The notes: generated by a model not told the origin, from the letters alone. 36,308 nucleotides of DNA from Calditrichaceae bacterium (GCA_050173015.1 JBFXLE010000032.1:1-36308); one strand, 5' to 3'. Positions 7,960-18,841 are shown, counted from the stretch's first letter. Made by a program: numbers and translations.

Positions 7960-8736
7960 ATGGTAACACATGTAACGGAAATTGAAAAATCAAGCGTAGT
8001 ACCGATTTATCATCAGTTGTATTCCATTCTTCTCGACTTAATACATAGTGAAGTTTATAAGCCTTATGACCGGCTTCCCTCGGAAAATGAACTTACCGCG
8101 CAGTATCAAATAAGCAGACAAACGGCTCAAAAGGCTTTAAATGCCCTTGTGGAACAGGGAATTGCCCACAGAGTACAGGGGAAAGGCACTTTTGTAAGCG
8201 ACAAGACAATCACTTACAGCATCACTGCCTCTTTGAGTTATTCCACGGAAATAATCGGATTAAATAAAGTTCCCCGAAGCGAGTTAATTCACGCAAAAGA
8301 AATAGAAACTTCGGGTCTTATCTCAAGGAACCTCGCGCTGGATGAAGGTGCTTCCGTTTACAGCGTGCAGAGGGTCCGATATGTGGATGATATTCCGATG
8401 ACGTTGCAAACTTCATATCTGCCAAAATATCTTGTACCCGGACTGATCGATAAAAAATTTGAAGAAGGGTCATTGTTTAAAACAATCCGCAAAGAATATC
8501 AGCTTGAAATCGGCCATGCCACGGAGTACCTGAAATCAGTAAAATGTGATCAATATGAAGCAAAGCTGCTCGGTATTAAAGAAGGAGACGCCGTTCTGCT
8601 CCTTGAGAGAATTACGCGATTAAAAGACGGCAGAATTCTTGAATTTGTGCGCTCCGTTCTGCGGGGCGATAAAAGTAAAATATCAATAGATCTGGCAACA
8701 TACGAAAACGGGGAGAGGAAAACTATTGGAAGATAA
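7960..8736 (+). CDS. GntR-family (HutC/UTRA) transcriptional regulator
   Basis: PIYHQL...RLPSENEL...ISRQTAQKAL...QGKGTFV wHTH, with a C-terminal UTRA domain (RVRYVDDIP, SLF, LERIT, EFVRSVLRGD). Confidence 0.95.
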   Translation: MVTHVTEIEKSSVVPIYHQLYSILLDLIHSEVYKPYDRLPSENELTAQYQISRQTAQKALNALVEQGIAHRVQGKGTFVSDKTITYSITASLSYSTEIIGLNKVPRSELIHAKEIETSGLISRNLALDEGASVYSVQRVRYVDDIPMTLQTSYLPKYLVPGLIDKKFEEGSLFKTIRKEYQLEIGHATEYLKSVKCDQYEAKLLGIKEGDAVLLLERITRLKDGRILEFVRSVLRGDKSKISIDLATYENGERKTIGR

Positions 8737-9247
8737 AAGCACGCATTTTAATAAGGGTACGGACAAAAAAGAATATTTTACCCCGAAAAGGATCGCCCGC
8801 ATTTCTATCCTGATTGCCATCAGCGCGGTCGGTTCCTTAATAAAGATTCCAAGTCCGACTGGAACCGTTGCTCTTGACGCGTGTACCGGGTATTTCTCGG
8901 CGGTGACATTCGGCTGGATTGAAGGATCGCTCGTTGCCGGGCTCGGGCATATGTTGTCTGCTTTTACAACCGGTTTCCCCCTTGGTCTTCCCGTGCATCT
9001 CTATATTGCTTTTCAGATGGCCATTTGGGTTTCGGTGTTTTGGTTTATCGCGCGTAAAATCAATCTTATCCTGGCTATTATTACGGCCATAATATTAAAC
9101 GGAGTAGTTTCATCCTGGTTAATAATTCCATTTGGCGGTATGGGGATGGCGACCGCACTATTAATACCGCTAATTGTGGGCTCGACGGTGAATATTATTA
9201 TCGCCGCCCTGGCTTACAGAATCGTCCAAAAGAGTAATTTTGTATGA
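8726..9247 (+). CDS. ECF transporter S component, CblT (alpha-ribazole transporter)-like
   Basis: Small hydrophobic protein with LIKIPSPTGTVALDACTGYF and GHMLSAFTTGFPL motifs. Adjacent to a CblS-like gene and ECF A/T genes. Confidence 0.75.
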   Translation: MEDKSTHFNKGTDKKEYFTPKRIARISILIAISAVGSLIKIPSPTGTVALDACTGYFSAVTFGWIEGSLVAGLGHMLSAFTTGFPLGLPVHLYIAFQMAIWVSVFWFIARKINLILAIITAIILNGVVSSWLIIPFGGMGMATALLIPLIVGSTVNIIIAALAYRIVQKSNFV

Positions 9248-10059
9248 AAACAGCATCATTTTCTGAACTGGATATGCTTTATTCCGGTCTTAAAAAGGGC
9301 ATGAAAAGTTTTAATCGAAGCCAGGTGAGAGATCTTACCAAAATTGGTCTGGGAAACGGCTATTCGCTCATAGTGGCGGTTGATTCGGACGGCGGGATCG
9401 GATCGCGACCGGGAGATTTTGTTAAAATTGATGATTATCAGGTTGGAAGATTTTCCATGCGTGTCCCGCTTATAGAGATCCTGGCTTCAGGAGCGCTTCC
9501 GCTCGCCGCGTTTGATACTCTAACATTACCCATGGATGACCATGGACTGGAAATTATCCGGGGAATAAAAGATGAATTAACGGCCGCTGGACTCGGAAAG
9601 GATTTTCCTCTATCCGGAAGCACCGAAGACAATGTCCCGACAAAGGAAACGGGAATCGGCACCATGGTGCTTGGTATCGTTCATGACAGAGACTTTCGTC
9701 CCGGAAGCGGAGTCGCGGGTGATATAGTTTTTTGTATCGGAATGCCAAAATCGGCTCCCGCGGATAAGGTTAACATGGATGATGTTCAGATTGTGAAATT
9801 AAAAGATATACGGCAATTATTGGAAATGTCGGACATTCATGATATTCTCCCGGTGGGATCTCATGGCGCATTATATGAAGCCCGGGAATTGGCAGAATCT
9901 GCAGGGTTAAATTTTAAAGTGAAGGATAATTCGGGAATCGATCTTAAAAAATCCGGAGGTCCCGGCACCTGTGTCATTTTGTCTTGTAAGAAAATGATGG
10001 AAAAAACACTTAGAGAATTAACGGGCGCTCCTGTGACAAAAATCGGATGGCTGGAATAA
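9244..10059 (+). CDS. PurM/AIR-synthase-like fold kinase, CblS (alpha-ribazole kinase)-like
   Basis: VRDLT...IVAVDSDGGIG..PGD.VK, LSGSTEDN, TGIG, PVGSHGALYEA, DLKKSGGPGTC. Confidence 0.75.
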   Translation: MKTASFSELDMLYSGLKKGMKSFNRSQVRDLTKIGLGNGYSLIVAVDSDGGIGSRPGDFVKIDDYQVGRFSMRVPLIEILASGALPLAAFDTLTLPMDDHGLEIIRGIKDELTAAGLGKDFPLSGSTEDNVPTKETGIGTMVLGIVHDRDFRPGSGVAGDIVFCIGMPKSAPADKVNMDDVQIVKLKDIRQLLEMSDIHDILPVGSHGALYEARELAESAGLNFKVKDNSGIDLKKSGGPGTCVILSCKKMMEKTLRELTGAPVTKIGWLE

Positions 10060-10114
10060 GAACGGTGTTTGATGTTCATTTAATCGCGATGAAATTTGAA
10101 ATTAAGGAAATGCA

Positions 10115-11845
10115 TTGAATTTAATCTTTAAAAATGTCAATTACCAATACCCAAAAGGTAAGACGCTTTCACTAAAGGACATCAATTTAACTGCCACCGG
10201 TGATCGCGTGATCGCGGTGATGGGGCGTACCGGAGCCGGAAAAACCACATTGTTAAGCGCGATGAACGGCATCATACCTCAGTTTCACGATGGCAATTTT
10301 GACGGAGAAGTTCGGTTGAACGGCGACACGACTTCGGATCTGCCTATCCAGCAGCTGGTCCGTAAGGTGGGGCTTGTTTTACAGGACCCTGAAACGCAGA
10401 TATTTGGATTAACCGTCGAAAGGGATATTGCGTTTGGCCCGAGTAATCTGAATTTTCCAAAGGAAAAAATTAATGAAAATGTACTAATGTCCGCGAAAGC
10501 CGTTAATCTGGAATCATTGATGGAAAGATCTCCTGATCAACTATCGGGCGGCGAAAAACAAAGGCTCGCCATAGCCGGCATACTTGCTTTTGAGCCACCT
10601 GTCCTTGTTCTGGATGAACCTACTTCAGAACTGGACCCGGAGGGCGCGGATACAGTAAACAGATCTTTAATAAATCTGAAAAACGATGGACACCGGCTGA
10701 TTATTTTAAGCACTCATAATCCCGATAATGTTATAGATACCGCCGATGAATTATGGGTCATGGACAGCGGTGAGATTAAATATAAAGGAAATCCCGGGAA
10801 ATTTTTTAGTCATATAGACTTGCCGGGCATTTACGGATTACAGATTCCGGAAGTGACAGATCTGTTCAGAAAACTACATTATCTCCATTGGTATAAGGAG
10901 AATGAACTGCCGGTGACTCTTGAATCGGCGGTCTCGGAGTTTGAAAACATCCTGCAAAAAGTTGACAATATTGGGGTCAAGATCGGGAAGTATCTTCAGA
11001 CAAGGGCTGCTGAATCGCAGAATAAGATCATTGAAATAAACGGATTAAGTCATCATTACAGCAACGGACAGCTTGCGGTGGACAACGTGTCGCTTACGAT
11101 TAATTCGCAGCAGATGGTCGCAATCCTCGGCAAGAACGGCGCGGGCAAGACCACACTGGTCAAACATCTGATCGGGTTGTTAAGGCCTACTCAGGGAAGC
11201 GTGTTGATTAAAGGACGGGATATTGCGGATCTCAGAATCGAAGAGATTAGTCGTGATGTGGGCTTTGTGTTTCAGAATCCCGATCATCAGATATTTTCAC
11301 CGTCTGTCTATGAAGAAATTGAATATGGTCTGATTAATCATGGCTTTGATAAAGACTCAGCTAAAGAAAAAATTAAGAATGCCCTGCAACTGACCGGACT
11401 GACCGGTAAGGAAGATCTGCATCCCTTCAGCCTAAGTAAGGGAGAGAGACAAAAAATCGCCATGGCTTCCGTATTGGCGGTGGAGCCGGAAATAATTGTG
11501 ATAGACGAGCCTACTACCGGTCTTGACTGGAGAGATTCCATAGCTCTCATGGAAGAGCTGCGCAAGCTGAAGGAAAAAGGGCATACGATCATCATGATTA
11601 CTCACAATTTGCGTCTGGCGGCTGATTACGCGGATAAGGTGATTCTGATGCAGAAGGGGAAACTGGTTTGTGAAGGAAAAACGAACACCATATTGAATGA
11701 CCTGGAATTACTGAAAAAGACCTCATTGAAGCCTTTACAAATCTCGCTGCTGGTCCACAGCATGAAAAAATATGGAATACCGCAGGATATTATCACCATA
11801 AGCGAATTAATTGAATATATGAAATTTTTGATGCGGGAAAATTAG
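10115..11845 (+). CDS. ECF transporter ATPase with two fused ABC domains
   Basis: Two Walker A motifs (GRTGAGKT, GKNGAGKT), Q-loops LQDPETQIF and FQNPDHQIF, LSGGE/LSKGE, LDEPT/IDEPT. TTG start. Confidence 0.95.
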   Translation: MNLIFKNVNYQYPKGKTLSLKDINLTATGDRVIAVMGRTGAGKTTLLSAMNGIIPQFHDGNFDGEVRLNGDTTSDLPIQQLVRKVGLVLQDPETQIFGLTVERDIAFGPSNLNFPKEKINENVLMSAKAVNLESLMERSPDQLSGGEKQRLAIAGILAFEPPVLVLDEPTSELDPEGADTVNRSLINLKNDGHRLIILSTHNPDNVIDTADELWVMDSGEIKYKGNPGKFFSHIDLPGIYGLQIPEVTDLFRKLHYLHWYKENELPVTLESAVSEFENILQKVDNIGVKIGKYLQTRAAESQNKIIEINGLSHHYSNGQLAVDNVSLTINSQQMVAILGKNGAGKTTLVKHLIGLLRPTQGSVLIKGRDIADLRIEEISRDVGFVFQNPDHQIFSPSVYEEIEYGLINHGFDKDSAKEKIKNALQLTGLTGKEDLHPFSLSKGERQKIAMASVLAVEPEIIVIDEPTTGLDWRDSIALMEELRKLKEKGHTIIMITHNLRLAADYADKVILMQKGKLVCEGKTNTILNDLELLKKTSLKPLQISLLVHSMKKYGIPQDIITISELIEYMKFLMREN

Positions 11846-12646
11846 ATGTTTTTAGAATATCAAAAGGGAAATTCTATTTTACACAGACTCGATATCAGGA
11901 CAAAGGGACTGGGGTTTATCGTTGTCGTCATTGCTGCTTTTTTATTCACAGCACCCGGGTATAATTTAATCATATTATTTCTGTGCCTGGCATTGATGAG
12001 ACAAATCCGTATGCCGGCGAGCAGGCTGATGATGATGCTTAAACCCCTGATCCCTATTCTGATTTTAATAATACTTTTCTCAGCGGTCTCCTATAGTCCC
12101 GAATTCTTCCAAAAACCCATGTCCCGGAAAGTCTTATTCTCAGCAGGATTTATGACCTGCACGGTCGGCGGTATTCTTCTGGGTATCTCTCTGAGCATCA
12201 GAATACTCACCATGGTGATTGCCTCGACGCTGCTGACTTATTCCACCCCGATTGATGACTTTATACACATACTCAGGATGATGCGGGTTTCCCATAAAAT
12301 TGCCTTTGTTGTCACAACAGGAATGAGATTTATACCGACCATGGACAAAAAATCACAGCAGATTATAGAAGCCCAAAGAACCAGAGGCGCGAATTTCCAT
12401 GAGGGCGGACTGGTTCGTAAAATTAAGGCTTACATTCCCGTAATGGTCCCGATGATTGTCGAATCGCTTCGCATGTCTGAAAATTTAGCCATGGCGATGC
12501 TAAACCGCGGATTCGGCGCGTCAAAAAACTGGACGATTATGGATGAACTGCATCCGGGTATAAAAGATGCCGTTATTACGATTGTTTTACTGATTGTCAT
12601 TACTATTTTGATTTATTTAAAAATTTTAGGATACGGAAAAATCTGA
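11846..12646 (+). CDS. ecfT: ECF transporter transmembrane T component
   Basis: SILHRLDIRTK, MRFIP, AQRTRG and AMLNRGF conserved Arg motifs. Confidence 0.93.
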   Translation: MFLEYQKGNSILHRLDIRTKGLGFIVVVIAAFLFTAPGYNLIILFLCLALMRQIRMPASRLMMMLKPLIPILILIILFSAVSYSPEFFQKPMSRKVLFSAGFMTCTVGGILLGISLSIRILTMVIASTLLTYSTPIDDFIHILRMMRVSHKIAFVVTTGMRFIPTMDKKSQQIIEAQRTRGANFHEGGLVRKIKAYIPVMVPMIVESLRMSENLAMAMLNRGFGASKNWTIMDELHPGIKDAVITIVLLIVITILIYLKILGYGKI

Positions 12647-12660
12647 AAAGGAAAAAAGTT

Positions 12661-13662
12661 ATGTCGGAATTGGAAGAAAGAATTTATGGCGCGTTAGTCG
12701 GAGTTGCTGCGGGCGATGCCATGGGCATGCCCTCATCAATGATGAGTCCGGAAATTATCAGATCAACTTTCAAATCGTACATCACCGATTTCCTGCCGGC
12801 GCCGAAAGGGCATGTTATACATAATAAGATGGTTGCGGGGCAGATAACCGATGATACACAGCAGACGCTTTCGCTGGCGGATTCAATTATTGAGAAGGGA
12901 TGTATAGATCCGCACGATGTTGCTAAAAAACTGATTGAATGGGCAGAATCAGTTGATGCCTTCGATTCGATGATCCTGGGGCCGAGCACGCTCCGAAGTC
13001 TCTACGCTATTAAAGCAGGCAGACCCATTGAGGAATCAGGGACGGCGGGGGATACAAACGGGGCGGCGATGAAAATAAGCCCGGCCGGAATTTTCGGAAT
13101 GGGCAATCGTGATAAAACGGTCGATGCGGTGGCGAAAGTTTGCATGGCTACTCACAACACCAATATTGCAATCGCGGGGGCGTCCGCTGTGGCGATGGCT
13201 GTCGGAAAAGGTATCACCGGTGAACAGGATATGAATACGATCATCGCCCATGCGTTTCAGGCGGTAGAGCTCGGCATGGGAAAAGGGAGAATTTGGTACG
13301 GGGCATCCATTATTGACCGCACCCGGTTAGCGCTTGAAATCGTCTCCGGAAATTCTGAGAAGTCCGAAAAACTGGAAACTCTTTACAAGGTCATAGGCGC
13401 GGGTGTCGCGATGACTGAAACGGTTCCCGTGTGTCTCGCCATCGCGAAACTCGCGGAAGGTAATCCGGTTGAAGCGATTCAGATGGCGACTAACTTAGGC
13501 GGAGACTGTGATACCATCGCTTCGATCACAGGCGGCATATGCGGCGCCATATCCGGTGTGAAGGCATTCCCTAACAAATGGATTGAAAAAATTGAAAAAG
13601 TTAACCATTTAAATTTGGAGGAATACGCTCACAAATTATATCAGGTCGTCAATAAAAATTAG
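12661..13662 (+). CDS. ADP-ribosylglycohydrolase (ARH/DraG/YegU family)
   Basis: GDAMGMP, GQITDDTQQT, TNGAAMK, GGDCDTIASITG metal-binding motifs. Confidence 0.93.
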   Translation: MSELEERIYGALVGVAAGDAMGMPSSMMSPEIIRSTFKSYITDFLPAPKGHVIHNKMVAGQITDDTQQTLSLADSIIEKGCIDPHDVAKKLIEWAESVDAFDSMILGPSTLRSLYAIKAGRPIEESGTAGDTNGAAMKISPAGIFGMGNRDKTVDAVAKVCMATHNTNIAIAGASAVAMAVGKGITGEQDMNTIIAHAFQAVELGMGKGRIWYGASIIDRTRLALEIVSGNSEKSEKLETLYKVIGAGVAMTETVPVCLAIAKLAEGNPVEAIQMATNLGGDCDTIASITGGICGAISGVKAFPNKWIEKIEKVNHLNLEEYAHKLYQVVNKN

Positions 13663-13680
13663 TCATCATGGAGAAATATT

Positions 13681-15570
13681 ATGTCCATTTTTAATCATTT
13701 TCGAGTTTATGTCATTGTTTTATTTTTAATCGTACTTGTATCCCAGACATGGGGAAGTGATGACTCGACAAAAGTAAAACAGGATAGAATGGCGGAACGG
13801 GTGATACTTACCGCAGAAGATTTTAAGAAATTAAATTGTGAAAATGTCGGTGACGCGTTGAGTAATCTTTCGGGAGTCACCGTGAGTTCTCTCGGTGAAG
13901 TCTCTTTACGGGATGTGAGTTCTTCAAAAGTAGTCATTATATTTGACGGACAAAAATTAAATACGGCAGGCGGAACCGGCGTAAGGGTCAATTCGATTTC
14001 CATAGAAAATATAGAAAAAGTTGAGCTCCTTCGAGGCGGCCGGTCAGCCCAATACGGCGCCGATGCCGTCGGCGGTGTGATCCGTATTACCTCTAAATCA
14101 CAGACATCACAGGAAGCTCTGTGGAATATAGGCGCGAGAGCCGGGTACGGTTCATATAATAATCAGATATATGGATTAAATCATTCTCTTTCTTCAGGCG
14201 TTTTTGATTATTTTGTCTCCTATAAGCGCGAAACATGGGATGGCGACTTTGAGTATACGGATAACGCGGGTGAGAGAACCAATCTGGAAAATAATGAGCA
14301 GGATTCTCATTTTCTGTTCCTTAAATCCGGTTATAAGCTGGATGATCTCCAGAATATCAACGCGTCATTCAGTTATTACAAAGCGGACAACGGCACACCG
14401 GGTATGATTGACAATCAGACTCCCAACGCGCGTATCCGATTTGATAACAAATCCTACAATCTCAACTATGACAACAAAGCCCTTTTTAAAGAATTCTCTA
14501 TGAAAATGCAGGGATATTTTCTGGACAACGAGACAAAATTTGACGATCCGGACGGTCTCGTGCCGGTTCACAGTGATCATGACAATTATGCTCTGGGAAT
14601 GGATCTGCAGCAGGCGGGAAACCTTTCGAAACTGCTGAGTGTCTCCTACGGTTATTCATATCGAAACGACCGTATTGAAAGCACGGATATCGAAAAAAAG
14701 GAGAGAAACACACACAGCGGGTTTTCGACACTCACGATGGCAAAGGACGTGAATAAATTGATCTCACGCTGGGATGTTGCTCTGGCGGTGAGATATGACG
14801 CTCCTTCAGATTTTGACCCCGAATTCAGTCCGCGTCTCAGTGTCGGAGTCTCAAGCAATAATGACGTGGTAAACACATCTTTGCAGACTCATATCACCCG
14901 TTCCTACCGCGCGCCGACGTTTAATGATCTATATTGGCCCCGTGATGCTTTCGCGATTGGAAATCCTGATTTAAAACCCGAAATAGGGTTCAATTATGAT
15001 GTCGGACTTAATCTGTCAAAATCGCTCGAATCGGTCAATCTTTCCGGATCGGTAAACTACTTTGTCAATGAGGTAACCGATCTAATCCTATGGGCTCAGG
15101 ACCCGGCTTTAAACAATTTATGGACTCCGAAAAATATTTCTGAAACATCGACTAAGGGCATTGAATTATCAAGTACGATTGATCTGTTTGAGAGCAAAGT
15201 CGTATTGAATTCAGAATACACCTATATGAAAGCGCTGGATAAGGGGCCTGATCCTAACAGGCATAATAAGTATATTATTTATAAACCCAAAAATAAGTTA
15301 GATCTTACCGGAACGTTCAGGCTTTATGATTTTGAATGGAATATCATGTATCATTATTATGGTTTAAGATACACTAATCCTGCCAATACGCTATGGCTCG
15401 ATGCGGTGAGTCTGATAGATTCCAATGTGACATATAAGTTCGACATTAATAGATATAAGGCAAATGTCACATTTGAAGTGAGCAATCTTACTGATGAAGA
15501 CTATCAGCGGGTTCGTAATACCGCTGAACCCGGAAGAATGTTTAAGGTGTCATTTGGAGTAGATATCTAG
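13681..15570 (+). CDS. TonB-dependent receptor, BtuB-like
   Basis: Signal peptide, plug motif IEKVELLRGGRSAQYGADAVGGVI, YRAPTFNDLYW, GNPDLKPE, C-terminal NLTDEDY...PGRMF. Confidence 0.92.
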   Translation: MSIFNHFRVYVIVLFLIVLVSQTWGSDDSTKVKQDRMAERVILTAEDFKKLNCENVGDALSNLSGVTVSSLGEVSLRDVSSSKVVIIFDGQKLNTAGGTGVRVNSISIENIEKVELLRGGRSAQYGADAVGGVIRITSKSQTSQEALWNIGARAGYGSYNNQIYGLNHSLSSGVFDYFVSYKRETWDGDFEYTDNAGERTNLENNEQDSHFLFLKSGYKLDDLQNINASFSYYKADNGTPGMIDNQTPNARIRFDNKSYNLNYDNKALFKEFSMKMQGYFLDNETKFDDPDGLVPVHSDHDNYALGMDLQQAGNLSKLLSVSYGYSYRNDRIESTDIEKKERNTHSGFSTLTMAKDVNKLISRWDVALAVRYDAPSDFDPEFSPRLSVGVSSNNDVVNTSLQTHITRSYRAPTFNDLYWPRDAFAIGNPDLKPEIGFNYDVGLNLSKSLESVNLSGSVNYFVNEVTDLILWAQDPALNNLWTPKNISETSTKGIELSSTIDLFESKVVLNSEYTYMKALDKGPDPNRHNKYIIYKPKNKLDLTGTFRLYDFEWNIMYHYYGLRYTNPANTLWLDAVSLIDSNVTYKFDINRYKANVTFEVSNLTDEDYQRVRNTAEPGRMFKVSFGVDI

Positions 15571-15577
15571 GATAATC

Positions 15578-17776
15578 ATGTATTCAAAAATGATTAAATA
15601 TTATGTTACAGTTTGCGCCCTTATTATTATTGTAAGTGATGATTTAAGCGCGCAGGCCGGCGGGAAAATCTACGGGTATATCCTGGACAGAAATACAGGA
15701 AAACCGATAGAACAGGCCTGCGTTGTGCTCGATCCGGATTCGATCGGAGCGGAAACTAATTCCGACGGTATTTATTTTATCCCGAAGATACCCTCGGGCC
15801 GGTATGAACTTCGCGTAGAGATGATCGGATACGAAACCATGTCAGAACATTCTGTCACGATTCAGCCGAATGAATCCAGAGAAATGAATTTCTTTCTCAA
15901 GCCGATCATTTTATCCGGCTCGGATGAGATTGTCGTCACCGCGACCCGCGGTAAATCCATGACCAATGAAGTTCCGGCATCGGTGGATGTCATAAGCATG
16001 GAAAAGATAGAACTTCTGGCGCCTCAGAATATGGCCGAAGTGCTCGAAAATGTGCAGGGCGTGTTTATCAAAGACTACGGCGGAATTGGCGGGAATAAGA
16101 CCATCTCCTTAAGGGGATCCAGTTCGGAACAGGTGCTGGTACTCCTGGACGGTCAGAGATTGAATGACGCGCAGAGCGGACAGGTGGATTTTAGCTCAAT
16201 TTCATTGGAAGGAGTCGAGAAAATTGAGGTTGTAAGGGGAGGTAATTCAGCGCTCTACGGAGCTGACGCGGTCGGTGGAGTCATCAACATCATTACGAAT
16301 AAAAAACATGACAGAGAAGGCGTATCCGGATCGTTAAAAATGATGAATGGTTCATTTCAATCGCTCTCCATAGAACCCGCGCTTAAAATCAGATATGATA
16401 AGTTCGGCGGATCGCTCAGCTATAAATATCTTAGCAGTGAAGGCGATTTTACTTATAAAAACCTTGAAGGCCGGGATGAGAAGCTGAAAAATAACGATAT
16501 TATTGCTCAGGATCTGTTCGCCCGTGTTTATTATCTGTTTGATGATTCGCTTTTTCAGAGAACGCTGAATTTTTCATACAAATATTATGACTCAGAAAGA
16601 GGCAGCCCCGGAAATATTGAACTTCCGTATCGGTCGGCGCGTCTCTGGAATACGAATCAGCAATTCAACACGACATTTTCCGGAAAAGTTTTTAATCTGA
16701 TGAATGACCTTCAGGTCCAGGCATACGCGCATACGGGTAATTCGAGATATAAAAATGATGAAGGCCTTGTTCCCATAGACAGCCGTTACGAAAACGGTAC
16801 GTACGGTCTCGAAACACAGATGCAGTCCATATTTACCGGCGGACAAATGCTCACCTACGGAGCGGGTTACCGAAACGACTGGCTGAACAGTGAAGAGTTT
16901 GCCGATGACCATACAAGGGATTCCTATTATATTTTTCTGCAAAATGAGACCGAGATTAAGATGAAAAACCATTATCCGGTAAAATCGCTTACCTTTGTGC
17001 CTGCAGCGCGTCTGGACGGATTTTCGGATTTTGGTTCTCATGTATCCCCGAAAATCGGCGGAGTGATCAACTTCGGACACTCTTGGCAGACATCTGTCAA
17101 ATGGAACGCGGGTCTTAGCTACCGGGCGCCTAATTTTAATGAATTGTACTGGCCGGAAGACGCCTGGACCAAGGGTAATCCTGATCTGAAAGCGGAACAC
17201 GGTTATGACTGGGATGCGGGGATCAGGCTTCGCTACCCGATACTAAACGGAATCGCCCTGGATGTAACCTACTTTGATGTGCGTATGAATGATCTGATAC
17301 TCTGGCAGTCCACCGGTCAGCTTTGGATGCCTTTAAATGTTGATAAATCGCGCAATCGGGGTATTGAAACAAGTATTTCGCTTTCTCCCGTCGCAAAAAG
17401 AATCATGCTCAACGCGAATTATACTTTTCTGGACGCGAGAAATCTGTCCGATGACCTGACGATAAAGGATAAATATCTGGTTTACCGGCCGAGGCACACT
17501 TTTAACACAGCGGTGACCATTAACTACCGGAATTTGACAGTGAAATATGATTTTCAGTATGTCGGTAAAAGATATGTTAATCCCGCCAATACAAAATTTA
17601 TGGAGGCATATAATAACTCGGACCTGACGGTGGCGTATGTTCATGATTTTGACAACTGGACATCCAATTTGTCGGTTCAGGTTAAAAATCTGCTTGATGA
17701 GCGATATGAAATTATTCAGTACCACCCGCTTCCCGGAAGGGAAATGCGGATAAATCTGGGCATTTCAATTAATTGA
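15578..17776 (+). CDS. TonB-dependent receptor, BtuB-like, with an N-terminal carboxypeptidase-regulatory-like extension
   Basis: GKIYGYILDRNTGKPI...IGY N-terminal domain, TonB-box region EIVVTATR, SLRGSSSEQVLVLLDG, EKIEVVRGGNSALYGADAVGGVIN, YRAPNFNELYW, NLLDERYE...PGR. Confidence 0.93.
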   Translation: MYSKMIKYYVTVCALIIIVSDDLSAQAGGKIYGYILDRNTGKPIEQACVVLDPDSIGAETNSDGIYFIPKIPSGRYELRVEMIGYETMSEHSVTIQPNESREMNFFLKPIILSGSDEIVVTATRGKSMTNEVPASVDVISMEKIELLAPQNMAEVLENVQGVFIKDYGGIGGNKTISLRGSSSEQVLVLLDGQRLNDAQSGQVDFSSISLEGVEKIEVVRGGNSALYGADAVGGVINIITNKKHDREGVSGSLKMMNGSFQSLSIEPALKIRYDKFGGSLSYKYLSSEGDFTYKNLEGRDEKLKNNDIIAQDLFARVYYLFDDSLFQRTLNFSYKYYDSERGSPGNIELPYRSARLWNTNQQFNTTFSGKVFNLMNDLQVQAYAHTGNSRYKNDEGLVPIDSRYENGTYGLETQMQSIFTGGQMLTYGAGYRNDWLNSEEFADDHTRDSYYIFLQNETEIKMKNHYPVKSLTFVPAARLDGFSDFGSHVSPKIGGVINFGHSWQTSVKWNAGLSYRAPNFNELYWPEDAWTKGNPDLKAEHGYDWDAGIRLRYPILNGIALDVTYFDVRMNDLILWQSTGQLWMPLNVDKSRNRGIETSISLSPVAKRIMLNANYTFLDARNLSDDLTIKDKYLVYRPRHTFNTAVTINYRNLTVKYDFQYVGKRYVNPANTKFMEAYNNSDLTVAYVHDFDNWTSNLSVQVKNLLDERYEIIQYHPLPGREMRINLGISIN

Positions 17777-17810
17777 TAATCTTTTAATCGTTTAATCGTG
17801 GGAGGGATTC

Positions 17811-18827
17811 ATGAAAAAGTTGTTTGTTTTAATGATTTCGATGTTTTTTGTCCTGGGGCTTTTCACAGGATGTGATGAAGACTCACCGACAAAATCAGAA
17901 GCGCCGCCAACGGCGACAGCGCTGTTTGTCCTGAATTCGTCGGCAACAAGTATATCAGTTGTTGATCTTGAGACAGGTACCGTTTATAACGATGCCGCAA
18001 CGGTTGGTACCTGGCCGAATCAGATCGTTTATAACGGTGGAAAATTATACTGTGTCAACTCCGGTTCGAACAATATTATGGTATTTAATCCGGATACATG
18101 GGCTATTGAAACAATCAGCCTCGGCCCCAATAATAATCCGATGAACATGGCTTTTTATGATGAAAATACCGCCTATGTCGCCTGCTCCGTATCAAATAAA
18201 GTCCTACAGGTGGATCTTACCGCCAAAACGGTGACCAAGACCATCGATGCCGGTGTCGGCGCGACAGGTATCGCTATTGCGGACGGTAAAGTTTATGTGG
18301 CAAATACCGCCTTTGACGGTTCCAACTATACCTATGGACAGGGTACGGTGACGGTTGTGGATGCCGCGACGGGAAATTTTATTAAAACTCTTAATGTGGC
18401 GACAAATCCGCAGGCAGTGGGCGTCACTTCGGACGGGATGATTAATGTCGTCTGTACCGGCGATTATTTCAGTCAGTTTGGGAAAATCGCCATTATCAAT
18501 CCGGCCACTAATACTGTCGTTGATTCTATCGATGTAGGAAATTCTCCGGGAAGTATTTCAATATCTCATTCAGATGATATGGCATATCTTGGTATTTGGG
18601 GCGCGGGAATACTCTCTTACAATACCGGTACAAAGGTCATAGAAAATGGTTCGGATAATCTACTGCTCGGAAAAGGCGGATCGGGTGTGGTTACCGATAC
18701 TGAAGGTAATATTTTTGTGTCCGTCTGGGAAGATGATCAGGTTGTTAAGATTGATAGCGACGGCAATGTTCTGGCAACATACAACGTCGGAGACAGCCCT
18801 CTGTCCTTAACAATTAAAGTTGAATAG
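17811..18827 (+). CDS. YncE/YVTN-type beta-propeller surface lipoprotein (BtuG-like context)
   Basis: Lipobox LFTGC followed by acidic DEDS, repeated blades (TVGTWP, KLYCVN, KVYVAN, VGNSP, VGDSP). Confidence 0.85.
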   Translation: MKKLFVLMISMFFVLGLFTGCDEDSPTKSEAPPTATALFVLNSSATSISVVDLETGTVYNDAATVGTWPNQIVYNGGKLYCVNSGSNNIMVFNPDTWAIETISLGPNNNPMNMAFYDENTAYVACSVSNKVLQVDLTAKTVTKTIDAGVGATGIAIADGKVYVANTAFDGSNYTYGQGTVTVVDAATGNFIKTLNVATNPQAVGVTSDGMINVVCTGDYFSQFGKIAIINPATNTVVDSIDVGNSPGSISISHSDDMAYLGIWGAGILSYNTGTKVIENGSDNLLLGKGGSGVVTDTEGNIFVSVWEDDQVVKIDSDGNVLATYNVGDSPLSLTIKVE

Positions 18828-18841
18828 CTGTAAATAATTAC

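Noticed and set aside
16592-17725. Long antisense ORFs (202 aa, 130 aa) and the other short overlapping ORFs in the track
   Set aside because: They are shadow ORFs of well-supported genes and have no recognisable motifs.
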